Origin: Macrostomum lignano
Lineage: Eukaryota
NCBI GenBank assembly: GCA_002269645.1
Contig: NIVC01001451.1
Span: 124,001-188,000 of the forward strand
Length of the DNA stretch: 64,000 nucleotides
Direction of reading: 5' to 3'
How positions within the stretch are numbered: position 1 is the first letter of the stretch; every line of letters starts with the position of its first letter. The position numbers and the translations under genes were made by a program. This document shows, in pieces, positions 37,701-49,700 of this stretch. The notes under the pieces are model-generated. The model ran no database searches. It was not told the DNA's origin and saw only the letters and a list, made by a program, of their open reading frames with translations.

Positions 37701-40700
37701 TCTAGGGCAATATCGGCGCCATGTCTAGGGCAATATCGGCGCCATGTCTAGAGCAATATCGGCGTCATCTCTAGAGCAATATCGGCGCCATGTCTAGGGC
37801 AATATCGGCGTCATCTCTAGAGCAATATCGGCGCCAGCTCTAGAGCAATATCGGCGCCATCTCCACGCGACTGCTATAAATATGATAAGTAAAATGTCTA
37901 ATTTTCTGTGCAAGATTAGGCTAACCTAAGAGTGCAAAATATGTTTTCAGAACTTTAGCATGCTGGATTCTCTTCTTTTTGGCTAGAAGAGAAAGACTCC
38001 AAAGCAGGCACACTTTAAGTTACTAAGATGGTACATTTCCAAGATGCTATGATGGTTAATTGCTATTCTTAAAGGTACAAACCGAACATTGCCAAGCGGT
38101 GCTCAGTGCGTCAAATTTCTGTCTCAAACTGAATGCCAAACTCGCACGCGAAGGCGTATTCAGCATGCCAGTGAAGTATGAGACAGACTAGGCCTACGAG
38201 CTAAGGTCTGCGATGCTTCACGCCTGCCCCCATCTTCAGCAGGTCAAGGCTGGTGGGAGGTCTGCACCCTCTATTTGCCTCTGGCAGCCGCAGACTCCCC
38301 CACGCTGTCTCGCAAGTCGACCCAGGGGTACTCGTCCCCGCGTGTGTTCAAGGCAGACCCTAGGGCTGCTGGACAGACTGGGCTCCGGCGCTGGCGACCC
38401 TATCCAGTGGCTTCGGCCGAATTTGGGTATGCGGGTCTGGCTCACCAGCCTGCAGGCCGTGGTACTGCTTAACGTACCCTCTAATGCCTAAGGTGTTTGA
38501 CCGTGCCGATGGGCTGGAAGGCCGGGGAGTAGTCCGGTCGCTAGCGGTCCTTTTTTCAAACCGGCTGGCTTGAGGTGTCGGCCAGTCGGGTACTCAACTC
38601 GCATAACGAGTAGCCCTCCCCCGCTTTTCAGCTATGGCCACTAACGCCACCATCCCTAAAGAAACTGACCCGGTCGCCTCTGGCTCACCGGGATCAGCCG
38701 CTCCGGTAGCTACCACTGGTAGCACCAACGCCCAACCTGGTCCAACCGGGCCAGCTGACGCTGCCGCCGATCACCCTGGCCGCCAGTCTAGCCGACCGCG
38801 CACGGCCGAGTCTCGACGACAGCGGAACATCCGCCGCAACCGTAAGCGGCAGGAGAAGCGGGCTGCTGCTGCGTCTGAGGAGGGCACGCAAGCCGCGGTG
38901 AGGCCTTCGGGAGCCACCGCAGCGGGGAGGCCCTCTGGGGAGTCCGGTGGCGCGGCTGGGCCGTCAGGAACCGCCGTGTCCTCGGGCTCTCAGGGGGCAA
39001 CCCTGCCGGCCTACCGCCTTCCAAAGACAAAGCGGCCCCGCTCAAGACCTCCGAGTCCTACGCGTCCAAGGTCAAGCAGCCGCTGCAACCCGCCGTGATG
39101 ATCCTCGGCGGGGATTTCGACCTGACGCCCGAGCAGCTCGACGTCGCGTGGCGTACCATCGACGAGGGCTTGCTCAATCTAACCCTGGAGGGCGTCTTCG
39201 TGGACATCGTCAAGTCCACCAAGGCGAACGGGTGCATCCTACTGTGGTGCAAATCCGAGGAGAGCACCCAGCTCCTGCGGGATCAGCTGCCCAAGTTCGA
39301 CTGGCACAGCGACCTGGGCCAGCTGACCTTCGCCTTGGAGAGCGAGCGGCCGAAGACCATCCGCCATCGGATTTGGGTCCCGGCCGACAGTGCAATCAAG
39401 TCCGGGGAGCAGCTGCGGCAGCTCCTGCTCAAGCGGCACCCGGATCTCGACGCCAGTGGTCTTGTGTACCACAGCACGGTCCGCAAGGGCACGACCGGGG
39501 CCACAGTCATCCTCGGCCTGACGGAGGGATGGGCCAAGCGGCTACCGCACGGCACAAACCTCCACCTTGGTCTCCATCAACTGACCATCCTCCGCTGTGA
39601 GGAGGGCAAGGTGGAGACCAAGAAAGACGGGAAGCGCGCCGCTCCCGGAGCTGGGGCTCATGCCCCGCCGGCCAAGCGGCAGCAGCAACCCGATCCCGAG
39701 CCTAACAAGGCTATTCGCGCTGCTGAGTCCGCCTCGCGCGGACGTAGACCCGCCCGCAGTAGCCGGCGGTCCGGTCTAATCCAGCGCGCACTTGACGAAG
39801 CTCAGTCTCTGAGACTTCACCTCGAGCAGACTCGTGCCGCTCGAAAAAACACTGAAAGCCAGCCGAGGGAACTGGACGACGGCACGGCTCAGCCTTCCAA
39901 CTGGTGGGATTACCACCAGGAGGACGCTGCCGGCCGAGCTCAGACTCCCGACGGCGGGGCGCAAGGCGAAGGCAGCAGCCGTACCCCAGTCGCTGGGGAG
40001 GAGGGCGGTGTAGCGCGGCTAGGTGACTCACCTGCCGTGGGCGCCGTGTCCGCCTCCGCGGCGGCTGGGGAGGCGGCTGAGCCTGAGCCAATGGAAATTG
40101 GCGACTCAACTCTCACCGATGAGGCTGAGAATGAGTTGCTTTTCTCCTCCCCTGGACAGTAGACATGACTGTCTCCCAGGGCATCCACTGCTTGCAGGTC
40201 AACCTGCAGCACAGCATTGCTGCTTCAGTCAACCTCTTGAAGCACACTGACCAATACGTGCCAGGGATTATCCTTATCCAGGAACCTTGGACGCTTAGGG
40301 GCAGCCCCCAACATGTCCCCACCGGCTACCAGTGTTTAACCGCTGGTACCCGGGAGGGAAACCTGGCACCAAGATCCTGCATCATGGTGTCCAGTTCTAT
40401 TAACGCATGGCTCAGATCAGACCTGTCCACCAGGGACATCTGTGTCATCCAGTCTGAAGACATACTCCCTGGGAGGACTACCCTCATCGCCTCGGTTTAC
40501 CTACCGGGCGACGGCGAGATGATCCCAGTAGAGCTTGTCACACTGGTCGAGCTCTGCTCCACCAGAAACTATGAGCTGCTCGTGGCAGGTGACATCAATG
40601 CCCACCACACCCACTGGGGCAGTTCTGATATAAACCAGAGAGGTGAAGACTTCCTGGCTTATATTGCTACTACAACCCTTGAGTTCTGTAACTCGGGTAG

Positions 40701-43700
40701 TACCCCTACCTTCAATAACGGACGCCGATCGGAGGTGCTGGATGCCACCCTCGCCACGCCCAGGCTCTTCCAGAGCACTAGGGAATGGCGGGTGCTTCCT
40801 GAGGCGTCCCTCTCCGATCACAAGTTCATCTCTTTCACGCTGGCCAGCGCCCGTAACGCAGGCCAGCTTTACTGGAAACGGAATGCTAGGAATACCGACT
40901 GGACCGCCTTCAGGCTTGCCCTGGAGGAGACCTATCGTTGCACTAGCGCTCCAGTCTCCATCAACACCTGCGAAGAAGCAGATGAATTTGCGGCCGCACT
41001 TACGGACTCGCTCACTGCTGCCTTCGAAGCCTCATGCCCACTAAAGGCATATAAAGGCAAACAGTCGGCCCCATGGTGGAACCCGCAGCTTGGCGACCTC
41101 CGTCGCAGAGCCAAAAGGCTTCACCGCAGGGCCCAAAAAACTAAAAACCCGGCCGACCAAACCGCCTACCTGAACTCTATCCACGAGTTCAAGAGGCAGG
41201 TTAGGAACGCCAAAACCAACAAGTGGCGCGAATACTGTGAGGAACTTGAGGGCTCCCGCCCCACCTCCAGAATCGTTAAAGCCCTCACCCTGGACAAAAT
41301 GTCCAAACTCTCCTCAGTCAAGAGAGCCGACGGCTCGCTCACTGAGAACCCAGGAGAAACACTGGAAGCGATGCTAACAGCGTTTTTCCCGAACGAGCCA
41401 GCTAGGCCCGGCCCCCCTGACCACTCAGTGGGCGGACACGTACTGGCTGACTCAATCATCACGGAGGACCGCGTTACTAAAGCTGTCTCCTCCTTCAAAC
41501 CCTTCAAATCCCCAGGACCGGACGGCGTTGTGCCAGCCTTCCTGCGGGAGGCGGTGAAATGCACCGGTTTCCTGCGGAACCTTTGCCGGCTTCTGAAAGC
41601 CTGCATTGTGCTCGGCTTTGTTCCGAAATCCTGGACCGAGGCCAAGGTGGTCTTTATCCCCAAGCCTGGCCGACCGGACTACCGGTCCATTAAATCCTTC
41701 AGACCAATTAGCCTCACCTCCTCATTGGTGAAGCTGTTAGAGAGACTGGTGCTCTGGCGCCTCCTCTCTGTGGAACTGAAGAACAAGCCGCTCAGTGAGA
41801 ACCAGCATGCCTTTCGGGCAGGCAGGTCCACGGAGAGCGCGCTTCACGTTCTGGTTGACATGCTGGAGAAAGCCGTTCTTGGTAATGGCTACGCTCTCGC
41901 TGTCTTCCTCGACATTGTTGGAGCCTTCGATAATGTCCTCTTTGAGGCCTTTGACAGAGCTCTACGTGCTAGAGGAACCCACTCGCACCTCACCCGGTGG
42001 ATCATGTATATGATCAGCCACCGTACTGCCACCGCACACCTGTTGGGCCACCAACGGACGGTAACCGTCTGCAAAGGCAGCCCCCAGGGCGGTGTCCTCT
42101 CTCCAGTTCTCTGGAACATGGTCATCGATGAGCTCCTCCAGGACAGCCATCTTGACCCCATCCTCAAGGTCGGTTACGCCGATGATGTCACAGCCGTGGC
42201 ATCCGGACCGTCACCTGAAACCTTAGAGATCTTTTGCAAAACTTCATTCGCTCTGCTGAACGTTGGGCGGACAGGTGCGGCCTCAGGCTCTCCGAGACCA
42301 AAACTGTCGCGATCATGTTCACCAGCAGGGTAAACTGGCGTATTCGCCCACTAAAGCTTTACGGGGTGGAAATTCCATCCTGCAAGCAAACCAAGTGTCT
42401 CGGCGTTACGCTGGACCACCGGCTGAGCTGGTCCACCCACGTCCAGGCCAAAACCAAAAAAGCCCTCGCGATTCTTGCGCAGCTGCGCAGAGCCGTCGGC
42501 ACCACCTGGGGCCTCACCCCAAAGCGTCTCTGGTGGATCTATACCGCAATGGTCCGACCGGCCGTTACATACGCCGGCCTGGTCTGGACCAGCGCCTTGC
42601 AGATTAAAACCTGCCACGAAGCCCTCAAAAAGGTGCAGGGACGTGCGTGCCGCATGATCCTGAATGCCCCGCTCTCTGCTCCCTTTGACGGCCTCAACGC
42701 CTTTCTCTGCCTCCCGCCTCTGGACATCTTTGTCCGTCGCGAGGCTGCTAAAACCACCCGCCGGCTCATCGAGGCTGGTGTTAGCTTCAAGCCACAAAGA
42801 GCGATGGCGAAGCGCAAGCTCCTGCCGCACTCTGACCTGTGCCTTAAAGTTCTGGAGGAGAGTGGGAGTGCGGCTGTCCTTTCGGACGCTGAACCGCGCT
42901 CCCTCAACCTCTACCAACGCTTCAAGGTCACGATCCCCTCCAGGGAGAACGCCAACGACAGCTGGGCCCCTCAGGAGGTTCACTGCTTCACTGACGGATC
43001 CTCCAAAGACGGTTTATCCGGCTTTGGAGTCTGCATCCTTATCAACGGCCGCGTGATTGCTACTCACGCCCAACACACTGGCAGACTCTCCAGCGTCTTC
43101 CAGAATGAAGTCCTTGCCATCAGCTCCTGTGCAGCTGAGCTCCACCGCAAGGACTTCAAGGACAGAAGAATCTTCTTCCACTCTGACAGCCAGGCCGCTT
43201 TACAGGCCCTGTGTCACACCACTACGAACTCCCGAACAGTCCGCGACTGTATCGGGCAGCTCAACAAGCTGGCTCGGAGGAACACCGTCCGGCTCACGTG
43301 GATCCCAGGACACGCCGGCTTCAAAGGTAACGAGCTCGCCGACTCCCTCGCTAAGGCGGGCTGTTCCGGCTCGCCCCTTGGCCCCGTGCCCCTGGCCCCC
43401 ATCCCCGCCACAGTCATTAATCGTCAGATTAACGACTGGGCGGACATCCTGCACTTGCGCAGATGGGATGGTATCTCCAACTGCCGCCAATCTCGTGCGG
43501 CAGTGCCCAATCCGTCCCTCAAGCTGCGGAGAATCCTTTTGAATCAAAATCGAAAAGATATCCGCGCTCTCACTATGACCTTCACAGGTCACGGTTGCTT
43601 TGCCAGGCACTGCTTCCTCCGATGTGTTCGCCGGAGTGAACTCTGCCCCTTCTGCAGCCTCGAGAATGAAGATGCCATGCACTTCGTCTGCTACTGCCCG

Positions 43701-46700
43701 GCCTTCAACCGAGACCGGCTCAACCACCTCGGGCCCAACCCGTCCCTGGACGACGTTTGCCGGCCCGAGAACATCCCACGGCTCATCCGGTTCCTCCGGG
43801 CCACCAAGCGAGCCTCCGTCTTCCCCACCGAAGACAACGCTGCAGACAGGACCGGCAGACCTCCCTGACCGGCCCCGCGCCCTAGCCTATGCGGGTCTTT
43901 CAGGGATTAGCGGAATGGGCGACGCTCGCCTCCCCGCTGCGTCTTCGGACCGCCCTGCAGCTAAGTCAAGTAAGTCAAGAATGCCAAACTCTGAGCAGAA
44001 AAAATAAGAAAAATGCTTTTTAAACTCTAAATTTATTTGTCAATGCCGATATAGAGGGGTGCTTCTCAGGTATATAAGGGCGAGTCTCGGGTAGATAAGG
44101 GCGAGTCTCAGGTAGATAAGGGCGAGTCTCAGGTAGATAAGGGCAAGTCTCAGGTAGATAAGGGCGACTCTCAGGAAGATAAGGGAGACTCTCAGGAAGG
44201 GCGACTCTCAGGAAGGGCGACACTCGGGTAGATAAGGGCGATTCTCAGGTAGATAAGGGCGACTCTCAGGAAGGGCGACTCTCGGGTAGATAAGGGCGAC
44301 TCTCAGGAAGGGCGACTCTCGGGTAGATAAGGGCGACTCTCAGGTAGGGCGACTCTCAGGTAGATAAGGGTGATTCTCAGGTAGATAAGGGCGACTCTTA
44401 GGTAGATAAGGGCGACTCTCAGGTAGATAAGGGCGACTCTCGGGTAGATAAGGGCGACTCTCAGGTAGATAAGGGCGACTCTCAGGTAGATAAGGGCGAC
44501 TCTCAGGTAGATAAGGGCGACTCTCAGGTAGATAAGGGCGACCCTCGGGCAATTTAATAGGTCGCTTAGCATTTGTTACAAAGAAAAACCACAACATACA
44601 AATACAGTATAGAATCGATCAAGAACAGAACAAACGCAAAAAATATTATTAGCAGCCAGCCTCACCTTGCCCTGAGCCTTATCGTGCCCAGCCACCTGTC
44701 CGGTTGCTATAGTGATCTTGTCCGGATGAACGGCAATGCATTTAACGTCGTCATTGTGGCCAGTATAGTGCCTCTGCATGCCCTCTTCAACGTTGTGAAG
44801 CACGACCACGCTGGCTATGAAGTAGACCATCTCGCCGGTGGGCAGAGAGTACAAGTTGGAGCGGCAGTCCCGGCCGCGGTAGCCGTAGGCCCACTCCAGT
44901 TTGAGCTTCTCCGCGGGCGGCTCGGCCGGCTCAACTTGTTGAACGTCGCGAAGCTGCTCAACAAGATCCGATGGAGCGTACAGATTCAAAGGCCGGCCGC
45001 GCAGGTGCATTCGGATGACGCCGTCCTCTGATAGTTTTTTGTTGAGTAGCAGCATAATGAACAATAAAATGCTCAAGTTTTTCTTTTTATATGCCCAACG
45101 TAAGAGTAATAGAATTTCATACGAATAAAATAAAAATAATTAAATTGAATTAAGTACTCTACTCATAGTAGAAATATAAGAAATTACTTGATACAGAAAC
45201 AATAAAACCGCCTGCAAATGTACTGTAGTATCTACTATTAGTAACAATATTAGTTTTCTTTTCATTTTGGTGTTTATAAAAGTCACTCACCTTTTGACCA
45301 GACCGACTCCTTGACACTGGAAATTTGTTTGAAGGTTGGTTGGAATTGAGGTTAGTGATGATCGAAAAAATTTGCACGGATTAAGTAAAGTATTTTATAA
45401 TATGGATTTAATCATTATGAAGTACCATATAAAAATTTCAAGAGATTTTGATTTCTGGAATGTGATAAAGCATCATGAAGATCCTGAAGTATCATGAAGG
45501 TCCTGAAGCATCATGAAGGTCCTGAAGTATCATGAAGGTCCTGAAGTATCATGAAGGTCCTGAAGCATCATGAAGGTCCTGAAGTATCATGAAGGTCCTG
45601 AAGCATCATGAAGGTTCTGAAGCATCATGAAGATCCTGAAGTATCATGAAGGTCCTGAAGTATCATGAAGGTCATGAAGCATCATGAAGGTTCTGAAGCA
45701 TCATGAAGGATCTGAAGCATCATGAAGGTTGATGCACCATGAAGGTCCTGAAGCATTATGAAGGTCCTGAAGCATCATGAAGGTTCTGAAGCATCATGAA
45801 GGATCTGAAGCATCATGAAGGTTGATGCACCATGAAGGTCCTGAAGCATTATGAAGGTCCTGAAGCATTATGAAGGTCCTGAAGCATCAAAGGTCCTGAA
45901 GCATCATGAAGGTCCTGAAGCATCATGAAGGTCCTGAAGCATCATGAAGGTTCTGAAGCATTATGAAGGTCCTGAAGCATCAAAGGTCCTGAAGCATCAT
46001 GAAGGTCCTGAAGCATCATGAAGGTTCTGAAGCATTATGAAGGTCCTGAAGCATCATGAAGACCCTGAAGCATCATGAAGGTCCTGAAGCATCATGAAGG
46101 TCCTGAAGCATCAAAGGTCCTGAAGCATCATGAAGGTCCTGAAGCATCATGAAGATCCTGAAGTATCATGAAGGTCCTGAAGCATCATGAATGTTCTGAA
46201 GCATCATGAAGGTTCTGAAGCATCATTTAGGTCCTGAAGGTACTGTACTGAAGTAGGATGACTGAATAGCATCAAGTTTCATAAAGATAATGAAGTATGA
46301 ATCACCATAAAGTTCTTAAATGCCAGAAGTGCGAGCTAATCATTAATATTAATAATCTTGTAATAAGCATTACTAGAAATTAATGCCAGAATTTGATAAA
46401 AATCAGTAAGCAGAAAACTGACTATATAATTTTTACGCCAGAATAAACTCGACTAAGAGTCCTAATGCAATTTGAAAGCATCTACACTACGAGTATAGCA
46501 GACAATCCTAAATATTACCAACCGTTGCTTAGCAACCGGCTTAGCCAACGATTTCCCAGCATAACCGCCAACAGTGGGTATGCATAGCAGTGAATTGGTT
46601 CGAACCGACAATTGCTGGCTGGCATAACGAATAGGGCAGCAAAGTTACTTCAAAATTTAAGGAATTCAACTTTGTTAAGATCAACTAAAAAAGTACGAAA

Positions 46701-49700
46701 ACTGCAAATTACTCAACTCACAGTAGATAAATGTAAAAACCCAGGATTTTTTCTCAAAACAATATAAAGCATAAATGTTTATATTTCTACTCACAGTAGC
46801 TGGATAAGCAAAAATGCGTTTTCCTTAAAAACGTAGAAACGCTTATATTTCTACTCAAAGTAGTTCGACTAGAAAAAAAGTGAATTTTTTCTTTAAAAGT
46901 TTAAAGCAGAAATCTGTCTAGTCCTCACCTTGAGCCGTGAGAGGCCGTCTGCTGCTGCGACTGCTCTGTTGAGCCTCGGACAGACGAGCCGCGACCGCCG
47001 GCGCCCGGACGAGGCGACGCCGGGCCCACGCCGGTCGAATGGGCACCGCTGCTCGATTTGCGACCACCGCCGGAAGGCGACGACAAAGCGGACGAATGCG
47101 ACGGCTGGTCCGACCGGGTCGGCTTGCGGACCATGGGCGCCGACTGCGGCTTCCGGCCTGCCGTCGCCGAGCCGCTGGCCGAGTGCTTGGCGCCGGCTCC
47201 CGCTCCGCCTGCCGACTTGGGTGAAGCTGCCGAGTGCACAGCTGCGGAGATTTGATAGGGCCGCTGTGGGGTCCTCTGGCGCACCTCACATTTACAGTGA
47301 TTGTTGCTACCCTCAGTGCCTGCCACCAGCCCTGACTTTTCAGCGCCTGCCACCAGCCCTGACCCTTCAGTGCCTGCCACCAGCCCTGACCCTTCAGTGC
47401 CTGCCATCAGCCCTGACCCTTCAGTGCCTGCCACCAGCCCTGACCCTTCAGTGCCTGCCACCAGCCCTGACCCTTCAGTGCCTGCCACCAGCCCTGACCC
47501 TTCAGTGCCTGCCACCAGCCCTGACCCTTCAGTGCCTGCCATCAGCCCTGACCCTTCAGTGCCTGCCACGAGCCCTGACCCTTCAGTGCCTGCCACCAGC
47601 CCTGACCCTTCAGTGCCTGCCACCAGCCCTGACCCTTCAGTGCCTGCCACCAGCCCTGACCCTTCAGTGCCTGCCACCAGCCCTGACCCTTCAGTGCCTG
47701 CCACCAGCCCTGTGTCAGTCTCCCATACAGAATAAAAAGCCGCCATGCAAGCTCGCACAGCACTGCAGCCCCACAGATAGAAAATAATTTCACAATACCG
47801 AAAATCAATTTATAATTGGCTTGGCAGTGACGCCTCCAGCTTAGATGAGGAAATCAAGAACCGCAAATGTTTCCCTTCTTTTAGGAGCAATTGAAAAGCA
47901 ACCCTGTTCTTATTAAGCCAGCTTAATAATCCAAACTTCTTTACTGGGAAATTATTTAAAAATTACAACATAAATATAATTGGTTGCAAAAACTCAAAAT
48001 GCAGATAAAGTGCAGAGTAGTCAAAGCTAGCAAATCAAAGTACATATAAAACTAATAATATTGGCAACAACAACAAGTTGGGGCACTAATTTGATAGACA
48101 GTTGGACGGCTGAAATGGAACAATGGTTGTAAAAGATGGTTGAGTTATGATTGGCGGAATTAATAACTGGATCGGTCATTCAAATGACCAGTATGGAAAG
48201 TGCGTTATCCACTACTTCAACTGTGACTAGTGAGTAGTTATATTCTAGGAACTATCTATAGGCCTATAGCTAGGAAAGAGAGTGGGAGAGGTGAAGACTA
48301 GGGAGAAAGGGAGAGGGAAAAGGAGAGGAAGAGAGGGAGAAAGAGAGGGAGGCTGAGAGAGGAAGAGGGAGTCGGAGAGAGAGGGGAGGGAGGCGGGGAG
48401 AGGGAAAGGGAGGGGAAAGAGGGATAGGGAGGGGGAGAGAGCTACGGAGGTGGAGAGAGGAAAAATGGAGGAGAGGGAGAGGGAGGTGAAGAGAGGGATA
48501 GGGAGGAGAGAGGGATAGGGAGGAGGAGAGAGGGATAGGGAGGAGGAGAGAGGGATAGGGAGGAGGAGAGAGGGATAGGGGGGAGGAGAGAGGGATAGGG
48601 AGGCGGAGAGAGGGATAGGGAGGCGGAGAGAGGGATAGGGAGGCGGAGAGAGGGATAGGGAGGCGGAGAGAGGGATAGGGAGGTGGAGAGAGGGATAGGG
48701 AGGCGGAGAGAGGGATAGGGAGGCGGAGAGAGGGATAGGGAGGCGGAGAGAGGGATAGGGAGGCGGAGAGAGGGATAGGGAGGCGGAGAGAGGGATAGGG
48801 AGGAGAAGAGAGGGATAGGGAGGAGGAGAGAGGGATCAATCGGCTCAATATTAATGTGAAAGTGAATCCTTCCATTGAACTAGAGAATTACAATACAGAC
48901 AAAGCCATTAGATGAGCTCAACACGGGCCCCATCAAGCAGCTCCACACGAACTGAAAAATCCATGCAGTTCAGCAACTCACCCATCGAATTGGTGGCCAC
49001 GGCACCCGATGGCGACAAAGTGAGGCTGGCGTTGGTGGGCGCTACAGACAGGCGATTATAATTGGGTGCAGCTGGCGGGAACCCACCTTTGCTGGTTTCC
49101 ACGCTGGCCAGACGGCGGAGGCAGTCCGACAGAGCAGAGCGAAGGCAGACCAGCTCGTCAGCCTGGGACTGCACGCGCTGTTCCAGATCGCCAACCCGAT
49201 CGCGCAGCTCGCTGTTTTCCTGGCTGAGCAGGCCGTCTATGGTCAGGGTTATAAGGAAATTGAGTTTTTAAACCTCACTTCCCTATTGTCAGGCATATAT
49301 CTGGGGTTGGCTCTTATAGGCCAATTAAACATAAATATGGCCAAGCATAGGAACTCAAACCCTGAGGCAAAAGTCAAACACATTTATTTCTACTAGGCTA
49401 ATCTGTTTAACAAGTTGATAATATAAGCAAAAACTTGTTTATTAATCTTTTGTGCTTGAAGTCAATTAATATTCAGAGCAATTAAACTGGATAGAAATGA
49501 GTTTTTTAAAAATCAAGTTTGAATATATTAATCGATCAAAACATTGAAATTATAAGCTTGAATATAATAATATAAATTTATGAAATCATTAATCTAGGGG
49601 TTGATCCAGAAATCTTTGAGGGGAAGGAGGTCAAGCTATAACAAGTATTACAATCCAATATTGTAAAATAGACTTTGCATAGTTATAAGCCAAAAAAGTA

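Larger units (their letters stand above)
38144..43978 (+). mobile_element. Full-length non-LTR retrotransposon (LINE; APE-RT-RNase H-CCHC; LOA/R1-like), family B, antisense within an EML intron
   Basis: 13-bp TSD GAATGCCAAACTC at 38131-38143 and 43979-43991; 490-nt 5' UTR; ORF1; ORF2; 3' end CTGCAGC(TAAGTCAAG)2. Confidence 0.95.
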
